This document shows, one piece after another, positions 8,764 through 17,502 of a stretch of 32,000 bases of DNA; the stretch's first letter is position 1, and the number at the start of each line of letters is the position of its first letter. Where the stretch lies: the NCBI RefSeq assembly GCF_028368975.1, contig NZ_JAQNDM010000002.1, positions 3,186,425-3,218,424 of the forward strand. Reading direction: 5' to 3'. The notes below the pieces were generated by a model. It did no database searches. It was not told the DNA's origin and worked only from the letters and a program-made list of their open reading frames with translations. Source of the DNA: Stigmatella ashevillensis (lineage in GTDB: Bacteria; Myxococcota; Myxococcia; Myxococcales; Myxococcaceae). The translations under genes were made by a program, and so were the position numbers.

Positions 8764-9225
8764 TTAGTCCACCGGGCCGAAATGGATTCGCGCAGAGGTG
8801 TGCCCATCCGCCGGGTCCAAGGCGAAACGGAGCCGCTCCAAGAAACCGGTGAAGCCCAGAATGTTCGGGCCCGGCCACGTCTTCAAGGCAAGGCACGTGG
8901 CGTCGACCGTGATGTCCTTTCCCTGGTCCGCGAGAAGCCGGATGGGAAGGCGATGGAGCGTGCCTGGAAACCGCCCGATCCGGGTCGACATGGTGATGGC
9001 TTCCAGCCCCTCGCCAAGTTCATCCCCCAGCAGTTCGATGTGCTCTGGGCCAATCAGGGTCCAGCGCGCCCCTGTATCCAGCATCGCGAGTTCGTCCGAT
9101 TGAGAGCCGAACCGGCAGCGCACGGCCACGCAAAGGGTCCCCGTCGGACGCGGCTGATCGAGAAAGACCTCGGCACTGCCGCTGCTCCAGGGACGGCTCC
9201 CCGAAGTATCTACCCAATGGAGCAC
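8764..9225 (-). CDS. Retropepsin-like (clan AA) aspartic protease domain protein
   Basis: AMLDTGARWTLI contains the D-T-G-A catalytic signature after a hydrophobic strand. The C-terminal ILGFTGFLERLRFALDP matches the usual (L/I)LG.dfL..f...D ending of single-lobe bacterial and archaeal retropepsin homologs. Last gene of a three-gene minus-strand module. Confidence 0.65.
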   Translation of the reverse strand: MLHWVDTSGSRPWSSGSAEVFLDQPRPTGTLCVAVRCRFGSQSDELAMLDTGARWTLIGPEHIELLGDELGEGLEAITMSTRIGRFPGTLHRLPIRLLADQGKDITVDATCLALKTWPGPNILGFTGFLERLRFALDPADGHTSARIHFGPVD

Positions 9226-9239
9226 CCCACCCCTCCTGC

Positions 9240-9875
9240 TCAGAGACGAACGAAGGTGATGCCCTCCAAGGCGTTGGCTTGCGCCAACCGCCGTTGCAGG
9301 ACCACTCGGCTCGGATCCTCATCTACCAGGGAGCCCTCCCGGAGTGCCACCCACTTGCCGACATGGTCTTCCGAGTTCTGGCGGAGCCATTCCGCATTGC
9401 GCGCAAACGGAGAGGCAGTGGCTTCATTCTCTGAATGGACAACCGGTGGCGCGAGCACTTGGGACCACCGCTCCAACGAGGGTGCAGGAGAGGCCTGAGC
9501 CAGAAGTCCCACGAGCTGTCGGGCCTCTGTGATGCGGCCGACCTCCACCAGTGAAGCCACAGGCCCCGCTACACCGCGCTCTTTGAGTGAAGCCAACTCG
9601 GCCTTGATGGCGGCATTCTCCTTTTCCAGCGCCGCGACACGGCCTTCCAGCTTCGTCCGAGGAGCCCCTGAGCGCGCATTTCGCCGCTCCTGCTGATCTC
9701 TGGAACGGCGCAATTTGAGCGCCATGTCCGCCGCGACCTGGGTTTCGGAACGGTTCATGGGCGGTGGAAAAGGGCTCTCTGGCACAAGGGTCTGAGCAAG
9801 CACCTTCTCCCAACTGACGGTCACCGCTTCGGTTTCGACCGGCGGGGCTTCAGGAAGATCCTCAGGCCGTCCCAT
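9240..9875 (-). CDS. Hypothetical protein: disordered Pro-rich N-terminus, leucine-zipper-like coiled coil, small C-terminal beta-rich module
   Basis: Coiled coil LEGRVAALEKENAAIKAELASLKERG. C-terminus is ...HVGKWVALREGSLVDEDPSRVVLQRRLAQANALEGITFVRL. ATG 9875 overlaps the upstream gene by 55 nt. An alternative GTG at 9824 gives a GTGA start/stop overlap with that gene, which is typical translational coupling. Confidence 0.6.
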   Translation of the reverse strand: MGRPEDLPEAPPVETEAVTVSWEKVLAQTLVPESPFPPPMNRSETQVAADMALKLRRSRDQQERRNARSGAPRTKLEGRVAALEKENAAIKAELASLKERGVAGPVASLVEVGRITEARQLVGLLAQASPAPSLERWSQVLAPPVVHSENEATASPFARNAEWLRQNSEDHVGKWVALREGSLVDEDPSRVVLQRRLAQANALEGITFVRL

Positions 9876-10561
9876 ATCGCGCCATCCACTTCATTCAAAA
9901 AGCGGGGAGTCCACTGGAGAGTATAGTTACCTCGGCCTTGAAGAACGAAGCTCTTCCCGGAAGGAGCTTTGCTCTGCTGGGAAATTTCTCTGACGCAACC
10001 ACTCGGCGGGTTGATCGTCCAGACAGAGGGATTCACATTGAGAATCTGCTCCCCTGCTACGACATGCTGTGCTCGCGCTGGGGCCAGTGTGAACCTTAAG
10101 TCCTCGCCCAGGATTAAGTAATTGGCCCTGATCTCCGCATCTACAGGGCGAGTGACAGGCCACAAGGCGCCAAGCCGATCCAGAACACTTGGGAAGCTGC
10201 CCACCGTCCGACTGCTCTCCACCATGACCTCTGGGGGCGAATCGTCCGGGCTACGACTCCAGCGAAAGTCCCAAGTCGCCGTCCCCGGCATGTCCTTGTC
10301 CCAAGCCACCAGTGTGGTCATGAAGGGGCGGAACTGCTCCAACCGCTCCGGGAGCGAAAAGAAGGCAGCGCGGCACCTCTGGCCGTCATCAAGGACTTCG
10401 AGATTCAGTTTGGCAAGAACCTCGTGCCAGTGGGCCAGTTCGGACTGGACCTGGAAACGAACGTGAAGTTTCGAGAGTCCCACGCCCCTGGTCCGGAAGA
10501 AGAAGACCTCGTCTGTGTGCGTGGCATCTTCGGGAAAGGACACCTGGGTTTCCGCGCTCAT
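9821..10561 (-). CDS. Hypothetical protein (246 aa), no recognisable domain; compositionally atypical
   Basis: Uninterrupted ORF with no signal peptide or TM. Uses host-rare codons (two TTA, plus ATA, AGA, AGT). Local G+C is 54% and 57% in two 100-nt hand counts (9901-10100), against 69% in the adjacent PBP1A gene. Confidence 0.6.
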   Translation of the reverse strand: MSAETQVSFPEDATHTDEVFFFRTRGVGLSKLHVRFQVQSELAHWHEVLAKLNLEVLDDGQRCRAAFFSLPERLEQFRPFMTTLVAWDKDMPGTATWDFRWSRSPDDSPPEVMVESSRTVGSFPSVLDRLGALWPVTRPVDAEIRANYLILGEDLRFTLAPARAQHVVAGEQILNVNPSVWTINPPSGCVREISQQSKAPSGKSFVLQGRGNYTLQWTPRFLNEVDGAIWDGLRIFLKPRRSKPKR

Positions 10562-10696
10562 CGGGCAGTGGGTTCCCAGCTTGCCTGTCTGTCTGCCCGG
10601 GCACCCAGCTCCACCATTATCCAGCTCCGGCGCAGGCTCAAGGCTTGAGTCCCAGAATGCCCACTGGGCTCAACGATTTCCGGAACAGGTTTGGCC

Positions 10697-13333
10697 CTAC
10701 TGCTGGCCCATCAGGAAGTCGTTGACGTTGACCTGTCCCTTCTCGGGAGTGGCCTCCTTCGGCTGGGTGCCCTTCTTGAAGAACATGAGTTCCATGTTCT
10801 TGGAGCTGTTGGAGGCAATCTTGCCCGTCTTCTCATCGATGGGCAGGCGCACCAATTCCATGGAAGGCCACGGGTAGAACTCCGGCTGGGGCCGGCCCGC
10901 GAGCGCCTTCTTCATGTAGTCCAGCCAGATGGGCAGCGCCGCGCGGCCACCGGTCTCGTACCGGTTGAGCGGGTGCGGGTTCAGGTCGTACCCCACCCAC
11001 GCCACCGTCACCAGATCCCTCGTGAAGGCGGAGAACCACGCATCGAACGAGTCGTTGGTGGTGCCCGTCTTGCCCGCGGCCGGCTTGCCCAGACGCGAGG
11101 CGGGCCCGCCCGTGCCCTCCTGCACCACGCCGCGCATCAGGTGCGTGATGATGAAGCCCGTCTCCGGCGACATGACCTGCTCGCCGGGCTCGAAGAGGCG
11201 CGCGTAGCCCGCCGCCACCCGGTCCTGCAAGGGGGCCCACGGGTCATCGAACGCGGTGTGGTCCTCCAGCGTGCGCCCGAACCGGTCTTCGATCTTCCGG
11301 ATGAAGTACGTGGGCTTCTTGCGGCCATAGCGGTTGAAGGTCGCGTAGACCTGCGCCAGGTCATACGGATAGACGCACGAGGAGCCGAGCGCCGCCGAGA
11401 AGTCCATGTTCATCGGCGTCGTCAGCCCGAGCAGCCGGGACCACTCGGACATCATCTTGGTCCCCACCGCCCCGAACGTCTTCACCGCCGGGATGTTCAT
11501 GGAGTTGACCAGCGCGGTGCGCAGCACCACGTCGCCCTGGAACTCCTCGGAGAAGTTCTCCGGCTTCCAGGAGACCTTGTTGTCCGGATCATGCTCGACG
11601 ATGGGCGAGTCCACGATGATGGTGGCCTCCGTCCAGTTGAGCTTCTCGATGGCCGCCGCGTACACCAGCGGCTTGAAGGCACTGCCCGGCTGGCGGCACG
11701 CCTGGAAGGCGCGGTTGAACTCGTTGTCGTCGAAGTCGTAGCCGCCCACCATGGCCGTCAGGTACTGCCGGTGGGGATCAATCGAGACGAGCGCGCTCTG
11801 GGGCTCGGGCTGCTGCTCCAGCCGGAAGAGCTTCGGGCCGTTCGGAATCCGCACCGGCTCCGCCGGGACAGCCGAGCCCTCCACGGGCTTCACCGTGTCA
11901 TCGGGAATCGTCTCGGCCAGCTTCTTGTCCCACTGCTCCTTGTCGTCCGTCAGGTCCCGCTTCGTCACGTGGCGGACGACCACCAAGTCCCCCTCGGCGA
12001 CGGCCCGCTTCACCGCGGAGATCATCCCGCCCGGTGCGTAGTAAGACTCCGGATTCACCTTGCGCGCCCAGCGCATGCCCAGCAACGGCAGCCGCGCCTT
12101 GTGCGGCCCCACCTGGATGTCGGCGCCCTTGCCGTCGTCGTCCAGCCGCGTCACCAGCCCCACGTAGAGCCGGTTCAGGACGAGTTCCTCGTTCCCCATG
12201 GCCTTCTTCGCGCGCGCGACGAAGTCGTCCCGCTCCTTGCCGGGGGGCAGGTTCCCGAGCGGGCCCCGCCAGCCCTGGCGCTTGTCCAGCGACAGCAGGC
12301 CTTCGAGCACCGCCTCCTGGGCCGCGCGCTGCCGCTCGCTGTCCATGGTGGTGAAGACCTTCAGCCCCTGCTCCAGGAGCACCGGGTTGCCGTAGCGGTC
12401 GACGATGTCGCGGCGCGCCTGCTCCACGAAGTACGGGGCGAACTCGTGGAACACGTCCTCCACGGGGTACACCTGGACGGGCTCGGCCTTGGCCTCGTCG
12501 TGCTCCGCCTTCGTGATCATCCCCTCATCGAGCATGCGGCGCAGCACGTAGGAGCGGCGGTTCTTGGCCGCCTCGGGCTTGAGGAAGGGCGAGTAGCGGC
12601 TGGGCGCCTGGGGCAGCCCGGCGATGAGGGTCATCTCTCCCAGTGTCAAATCCCGGACGTCCTTGCGGTAGTAGTTCTCCGCGGCGCTCTGCACCCCGTA
12701 GCTGTGGTGCCCCAGGAAGACGTTGTTGAGGTAGAGGTAGAGGATCTCCTCCTTCGTCAGCGCCGCCTCCAGGCGCCGGGCCAGGAGGGCCTCGCGAATC
12801 TTGCGCTTGAGCGTCTTGGCCGTGGCGTCCTTGTAGCCCTCGGCGCCGATCAGCACCGCCTTGGCGGTCTGCTGCGTCAGCGTGGAGCCGCCCTGCATAC
12901 CGCCGCTGCGCAGGCCCAGCTTGGAGGTAATCGTCTTGAAGCCGGCGCGGGCCGTTCCCAGGATGTCCACGCCCATGTGGTCGAAGAAGCTGGAGTCCTC
13001 GCTGGCGATGAACGCCTGCACCAGCCGCTTCGGGATGCGCTCGTAGGGCACCACCTTGCGCCGCTGGTTGTAGAACTCCCCGGCCAGCACCGCATCGTCG
13101 GTGTAGACCTCGGTGACGATGGGCGGCCAGTACTGGTCCACCTTCGGGATGGCGGGCAGCCCGGGGGAGTAGATGTAGTACAGCGCCACCAAGCCCACCG
13201 CGCCCGCGGTGGCGCCCGTGAAGGCCAACCACCCCGCGAGCTTGAGGGGAAAGAGCCACCAGCGGCCCTTTTTCACCCCGTCGAGAACGAGCTTGGAGCG
13301 GCTGCGATCGATGTTCGAGTTGGAAGTGCTCAT
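10697..13333 (-). CDS. mrcA: Penicillin-binding protein 1A (class A bifunctional transglycosylase/transpeptidase)
   Basis: GT51 motifs EDSSFFDHMGVD, GGSTLTQQ and RKIREALLARRLE. Transpeptidase motifs SAFKP (SxxK), SMN (SxN) and KTGTT. Start at ATG 13333 (MSTSNSNIDRS...) forms an ATGA overlap with the stop of the upstream pseudouridine synthase gene. Confidence 0.95.
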   Translation of the reverse strand: MSTSNSNIDRSRSKLVLDGVKKGRWWLFPLKLAGWLAFTGATAGAVGLVALYYIYSPGLPAIPKVDQYWPPIVTEVYTDDAVLAGEFYNQRRKVVPYERIPKRLVQAFIASEDSSFFDHMGVDILGTARAGFKTITSKLGLRSGGMQGGSTLTQQTAKAVLIGAEGYKDATAKTLKRKIREALLARRLEAALTKEEILYLYLNNVFLGHHSYGVQSAAENYYRKDVRDLTLGEMTLIAGLPQAPSRYSPFLKPEAAKNRRSYVLRRMLDEGMITKAEHDEAKAEPVQVYPVEDVFHEFAPYFVEQARRDIVDRYGNPVLLEQGLKVFTTMDSERQRAAQEAVLEGLLSLDKRQGWRGPLGNLPPGKERDDFVARAKKAMGNEELVLNRLYVGLVTRLDDDGKGADIQVGPHKARLPLLGMRWARKVNPESYYAPGGMISAVKRAVAEGDLVVVRHVTKRDLTDDKEQWDKKLAETIPDDTVKPVEGSAVPAEPVRIPNGPKLFRLEQQPEPQSALVSIDPHRQYLTAMVGGYDFDDNEFNRAFQACRQPGSAFKPLVYAAAIEKLNWTEATIIVDSPIVEHDPDNKVSWKPENFSEEFQGDVVLRTALVNSMNIPAVKTFGAVGTKMMSEWSRLLGLTTPMNMDFSAALGSSCVYPYDLAQVYATFNRYGRKKPTYFIRKIEDRFGRTLEDHTAFDDPWAPLQDRVAAGYARLFEPGEQVMSPETGFIITHLMRGVVQEGTGGPASRLGKPAAGKTGTTNDSFDAWFSAFTRDLVTVAWVGYDLNPHPLNRYETGGRAALPIWLDYMKKALAGRPQPEFYPWPSMELVRLPIDEKTGKIASNSSKNMELMFFKKGTQPKEATPEKGQVNVNDFLMGQQ

Positions 13334-14295
13334 GAAGGTTCTAGCGCAGCGCGTTTGAGGGTGTCCTTCAGCTCTGGAGGCAACCTCGCCTCCACCGTCA
13401 CCTTCCCGCCGTGCTGGGGGTGCGGAAATTCGATGCGCTCCGCGTGCAGGAACAAACGCTTCAACCCCCACCGGGCCCGCACATCCCGGTTGAAGGCAAA
13501 GTCACCATACTTCCTGTCTCCAGCCACGGGGTGACCAACAGCGGCCAGATGCCTTCTTATCTGATGGGTGCGTCCTGTCTCGATGGAGCAGGAGAGGAGC
13601 GCCGCCTCGCTCGACTGGCGGATGACCTTCCACCGGGTGAGGGCCTCCTGCATGTTCACCCCCCGGCGGGCCTTGGACTCGGCGGTCTGCTGGTGCTCCG
13701 AGAGGGGAAGTTCGATGACCCCCGAGTCCTTGGGCATCTTGCCCTTGACCAGGGTGATGTAGCGCTTGCGGGCAAGGCCTTCCGTGAACACTTCGGTGAA
13801 GTGCACCATCGCCGGGCGGCGCTTGGCCACGAGGATGACGCCCGAGGTCTCCCGGTCCAGCCGGTGGGCAGGTGAGGCGGTGAAGTCGTTTCTCACCGCC
13901 TTGGGGCCCAGGTAGGCACGCACATAGTCCACCAGGGTTCCCCCGGTAATCCCGCTCCCGGTGTGCACGGCCATGCCGCTGGGCTTGTCCACGGCCATCA
14001 TCCAGTCGTCCTCCAGGAGGATGACCAGCTCGGAGGGGTCCACGGGGGGTGGGGGGGGAGGCAGGCGCTCGCCGCCCTGGGCCGGGCCGAGCAGTTGCTG
14101 CTCATCCCCCCGGATGGCGATGACGTCCCCGGCGACGAGCAGCTGCTCGGGCTGGGCCCGTTTTCCGTTCACCCGGACCTTCTTGACCCGGATCATCTTG
14201 AACAGATGACTGGTGGGCATGTTGGCCAGGCGTTTGCGGAGGTACTTGTCCAGCCGCATCCCCACACTGTCTTCTTCGATTCGGTACTCGATCAT
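13330..14295 (-). CDS. RluA-family 23S rRNA pseudouridine synthase (RluC/RluD-like, N-terminal S4 domain)
   Basis: S4-like MRLDKYLRKRL...VRVNGKRA and catalytic HRLDRETSGVILVAK. ATG 14295 is used here; an alternative GTG lies at 14322. Confidence 0.9.
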   Translation of the reverse strand: MIEYRIEEDSVGMRLDKYLRKRLANMPTSHLFKMIRVKKVRVNGKRAQPEQLLVAGDVIAIRGDEQQLLGPAQGGERLPPPPPPVDPSELVILLEDDWMMAVDKPSGMAVHTGSGITGGTLVDYVRAYLGPKAVRNDFTASPAHRLDRETSGVILVAKRRPAMVHFTEVFTEGLARKRYITLVKGKMPKDSGVIELPLSEHQQTAESKARRGVNMQEALTRWKVIRQSSEAALLSCSIETGRTHQIRRHLAAVGHPVAGDRKYGDFAFNRDVRARWGLKRLFLHAERIEFPHPQHGGKVTVEARLPPELKDTLKRAALEPS

Positions 14296-14340
14296 TTGTT
14301 CTTGGCGGCCGGACCAGAGCACACGAATAATGACCGGTCC

Positions 14341-15801
14341 ATGCCGAAGGCTCCCAGTATCGAGAAGCTCCTCCAGAGCGGTTCAGCGGAGTGGAACAAG
14401 CTCCGCAAGTCCGGACAGGTCTCCACCGACCACACGGGCGCTACCTTCACGCAGCTGTTCTCCGCCAATGCGGACCTCTCGGGCCTAGAGCTCGTGGGCT
14501 CCGAATGGGAGCGCTGCGACCTGTCCAAGATGAACTTCCGCGACGCGGACCTGTCCAACGCCTACTTCCATGGCGGCCGGCTCCAGGACTGTGACTTCCG
14601 CGGGGCCAACCTCGAGGGCGCCACCTTCGAGAAGTTGAAGTTGCTGCGCTGTGACTTCACGGGCGCCAAGGGGCTGGACGACCTGGAAATGGAGGATGTG
14701 GACATGGACCGGGTGCAGGGCCTGGACGGCGAGGAAGCCCCGCCCCCGCCCCCGCCCCCCGCCCAGGGCATCACCGCCTTCACCCGCGAGCAGCGGGAGA
14801 AGGCCATGGGGGCCGCCGCGGCCGCCGTGGCAGGCCCCGCCGCGGAGGAGCTGCCCCCCTTCAAGCCCCAGGATCCTCCGGGCTCACTGCTCTTCCGGGC
14901 CTTGAAGCGGCTCCCGGCGCCGCCCCCCTGGGTGCTGGACGTCCCCGGCCTGCGCCCGTTGCTCCCGCAGCGCCTGCCCCCCGGCTCCTCGCTGGAGGCG
15001 ATGTACCGCGAGGCGGTGAAGACGCGGCTGGAGAACAAGAAGCCCGGGGCGGACCCGGGCGCGGTGGAGCGGGCGCAGAAGGCGCTGCGGCTGGGCGGGA
15101 AGGACTCGGCCGTGGCGGCCATGTACCTGCGCGAGGTGGGCGTGCTCCCGCTGTCGCGCTTCTCCGCGGCCAAGGTGCTCAAGGATGCGCTGCGCGCCGA
15201 GGTGGATGTGGATGATCTGACGGGCTCCATCGACCCGCGGGTGGCCGGGGCGCTCTTGGAGCTGCGGCTGACGCACGAGGTGGTGGAGCACCTGCAAGAG
15301 GCCCGGCGCCGCCTGGCCGCCACGCAGCTCTACACCGCGCTGCTGGAGGCGGGCTTCACCCCGGAGAACAACTGGGACGAAGCGCTGGAGTCGGCCGAGC
15401 CCGCCCTGGAGCTGGCACAACTGGCCACGGGCGATGACCGCAACGCGCTCTTCGAGGCCTTCCAGGTGTTCGCCGCCCTGCCGGACGAGGCCCGGCTGCG
15501 GCGGTTGGCGTACCTGGCCGAGACGGTGACGAACCTGGAGCTGGTGAGCCGACTGCCCGAGGGCATGGAGCCGCAGTGGCTCACCGGGCCCGAGACGCGC
15601 GAGTGCCACGACCGGGAGATGACGTACGTTCAGGCGCTCCGGGCACAGGACATTCCCACCAAGGTGCCCGCCCTGGCCCAGGCAGAGCTCGGCGTTCCCG
15701 AGGGTCAGGTGCCCGAGGACAGCGACGACGACCTGTTCGTCCACCTGCGCTGTGACGTGTGCGGCAAGGAGAAGCTCATCGTTCAATCCCGGATCGACTG
15801 A
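14341..15801 (+). CDS. Pentapeptide-repeat protein with a poly-Pro linker and a long helical C-terminal region of unknown function
   Basis: A(D/N)LxX repeats: ANADLSGLELVGSEWERCDLSKMNFRDADLSNAYFHGGRLQDCDFRGANLEGATFEKLKLLRCDFTGAKGL. These are followed by EEAPPPPPPPAQG. Start at ATG 14341 (residue 127 of the track ORF). Confidence 0.8.
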   Translation: MPKAPSIEKLLQSGSAEWNKLRKSGQVSTDHTGATFTQLFSANADLSGLELVGSEWERCDLSKMNFRDADLSNAYFHGGRLQDCDFRGANLEGATFEKLKLLRCDFTGAKGLDDLEMEDVDMDRVQGLDGEEAPPPPPPPAQGITAFTREQREKAMGAAAAAVAGPAAEELPPFKPQDPPGSLLFRALKRLPAPPPWVLDVPGLRPLLPQRLPPGSSLEAMYREAVKTRLENKKPGADPGAVERAQKALRLGGKDSAVAAMYLREVGVLPLSRFSAAKVLKDALRAEVDVDDLTGSIDPRVAGALLELRLTHEVVEHLQEARRRLAATQLYTALLEAGFTPENNWDEALESAEPALELAQLATGDDRNALFEAFQVFAALPDEARLRRLAYLAETVTNLELVSRLPEGMEPQWLTGPETRECHDREMTYVQALRAQDIPTKVPALAQAELGVPEGQVPEDSDDDLFVHLRCDVCGKEKLIVQSRID

Positions 15802-15817
15802 GCCGGGCATCCTTCCC

Positions 15818-15839
15818 CCCTCCCGTGCAGGGGGGAGGG
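15818..15839. terminator. Candidate bidirectional stem-loop between convergent genes
   Basis: CCCTCCC (15818-15824) pairs with GGGAGGG (15833-15839) around an 8-nt loop. It sits between the stop at 15801 (+) and the stop at 15857 (-). No U-tract. Confidence 0.3.
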
Positions 15840-15856
15840 CCCTCTGCGTGGCGGAC

Positions 15857-16429
15857 TCAAGGCAAGGAGTACGTCACGGCGGGGGGCAGCAGAATCCTCA
15901 CCGGGTCTCCTGGCCGGATGACGCCCGGGCGATCCACCCACCCCACCAGCCCTCGCCGCTGGTGCGCGGCCTTCACGAAGCGGCTCGCCAGGCCTTCCCG
16001 GTCCGGATACCAGGGCTGCAGCGCCCGCCCCGCCTTCCGGCACGGCGTGTTCTCCCCTTCCATCGTCAGGATGACCTCTTCGGGGAAGAACAGGCGCGTC
16101 CCGGGAGGCAGGTGCGTCAGCCGGGGCACCCCCGCCAGCTCCAGGTTCGCGCCCAGCCAGGCCGCCTCCACCCGGGGCACCTCCAGCGCCGCCGCGATGA
16201 GCGCCAGTTCCTCCGTGGACACGAGGGAGACCTGGCGCGTGTTGCGCACGAGCGCGCCCTTGGGACACCAGGGCGTGCGCACATCCGACGTGCGTGTCAG
16301 CCCCGCGTGCCGGTCTCCCACGAAACCTTCCAGGGACACCTTCCCCTCGGGCACCTCGCGCGCAGGGTGATTCTTTGGCTCGGAGCCGATGAGGACGCGA
16401 ACCGTGTGCCCGGTGAGGTGCGTGCGCAT
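15857..16429 (-). CDS. MOSC domain-containing protein
   Basis: EGFVGDRHAG...RQVSLVSTEEL...LGANLELAG...PPGTRL...LTMEGENTPCRKAG fits the MOSC beta-barrel pattern, including the conserved Cys. Start at ATG 16429 (MRTHLTGHTV), 8 nt after the upstream stop. The longer track ORF (to 17038) is an out-of-frame run through the MBL gene. Confidence 0.85.
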   Translation of the reverse strand: MRTHLTGHTVRVLIGSEPKNHPAREVPEGKVSLEGFVGDRHAGLTRTSDVRTPWCPKGALVRNTRQVSLVSTEELALIAAALEVPRVEAAWLGANLELAGVPRLTHLPPGTRLFFPEEVILTMEGENTPCRKAGRALQPWYPDREGLASRFVKAAHQRRGLVGWVDRPGVIRPGDPVRILLPPAVTYSLP

Positions 16430-16437
16430 GAAGGGCC

Positions 16438-17412
16438 TCAGAAGAGCGAGAGCTGCTGGGGCTTGCCCAGCGTGCGCGCGTCGATGCCTTCCTCCCGCAG
16501 CAGCCGCGCCAGCTCCTCCGCGAAGCCGTGGTGCGTGATGACCTCGCGAGCCCCCGTGGCCTTCACATAGCCCACCAGCGAGGGGCAGTCCGCATGGTCC
16601 GAGAGGGGAAAGGCCACCTGCGCGCCATAGCGATGCGCGGCGCCTGGATCCAACGCCCACCCCGTGAGCACCGCGGTGGCGCGCGGCCACACGGGCGCCA
16701 GGGCCCCCGTGCGCGCCTGATGCGGTGGGAAGAAGAGCACCTCTCCCGGCTGCACCGTCCCCTCGAAGCGCCGCAGCGGCTCGATGCGCACGCCCAGCTC
16801 CGCGTAGAGCTGTGTCACCTCGAAGATGGAGGGGTGCGCCACCAGCGGGAAGCCGCGTCCAGAGAGGTACTTCATCGCCTCCTGGCTCTTGCCCAGGGGA
16901 TAGCCCAGCAACACGGGCACCGCCCCCCGTTCGAGCTGCTGGCGCACCCACGCCTCCACCCTGCCCAGCACTTCGTCCTTCGGCGGAAAGCGGTACCGCG
17001 GATGGCCGAACGTGGCCTCGATGACGAGCGTGTCGCACTCGGCCACCTGCACCGGCTCCGCCGTGAGCGAGGGCGTGACGTTCAGATCCCCCGTATAGAC
17101 GATGCGACGCCCATCCCCCCGGATGACGCGGAGCTGGGCACTGCCCAGGATGTGGCCCGCCGAGAGCAACTCCAACGTCAGGGGACCCAGCTCGAACGGC
17201 TGGTTGTAGGCCACCGCCACCGGGTCCTTCACCCGGCCCAGCCGGTGCGTCATGAAGCGCAGGGTGGCGGCCGTGGCGATGGTCCGCTCATGGCGCGCGA
17301 TGTGGTCCGAGTGCCCGTGGCTGACGAAGGACAGCGGCGTCTTGCGCATCGCATCCAGCGCCAGCGGGGTACCCGTCAGGTGAAGTCCGGTTCGCCTCAA
17401 CTCGACGCTCAT
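16438..17412 (-). CDS. MBL-fold metallo-hydrolase, beta-CASP-like (COG1236-type nuclease/hydrolase)
   Basis: VSHGHSDHI (HxHxDH), SAGHILGS and IEATFG, with a C-terminal PLSDHAD...VITHHG typical of beta-CASP motifs. Start taken at ATG 17412 (MSVELRRTGLHLTG). Confidence 0.82.
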   Translation of the reverse strand: MSVELRRTGLHLTGTPLALDAMRKTPLSFVSHGHSDHIARHERTIATAATLRFMTHRLGRVKDPVAVAYNQPFELGPLTLELLSAGHILGSAQLRVIRGDGRRIVYTGDLNVTPSLTAEPVQVAECDTLVIEATFGHPRYRFPPKDEVLGRVEAWVRQQLERGAVPVLLGYPLGKSQEAMKYLSGRGFPLVAHPSIFEVTQLYAELGVRIEPLRRFEGTVQPGEVLFFPPHQARTGALAPVWPRATAVLTGWALDPGAAHRYGAQVAFPLSDHADCPSLVGYVKATGAREVITHHGFAEELARLLREEGIDARTLGKPQQLSLF

Positions 17413-17502
17413 GGGGAAGCCTGGATATAGCGCGCCTGGGACCGCAGGGGGGGACATGCTCCACGACGCGCCCGCCCGCCCGTCCGCCCTGCCTGCGAAA
17501 CC

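Noticed and set aside
10691-13534. 947-aa plus-strand ORF
   Set aside because: Antisense shadow of PBP1A, which carries all the GT51 and transpeptidase motifs.
13963-14340. 5' extension of the 612-aa ORF containing the pentapeptide-repeat gene
   Set aside because: It is antisense to the pseudouridine synthase gene, and a sensible protein only begins at ATG 14341.
16430-17038. Upstream part of the 393-aa ORF 15857..17038
   Set aside because: It is an out-of-frame read through the MBL-fold gene and is Arg/Gly/Ala-rich junk. The MOSC gene starts at 16429.
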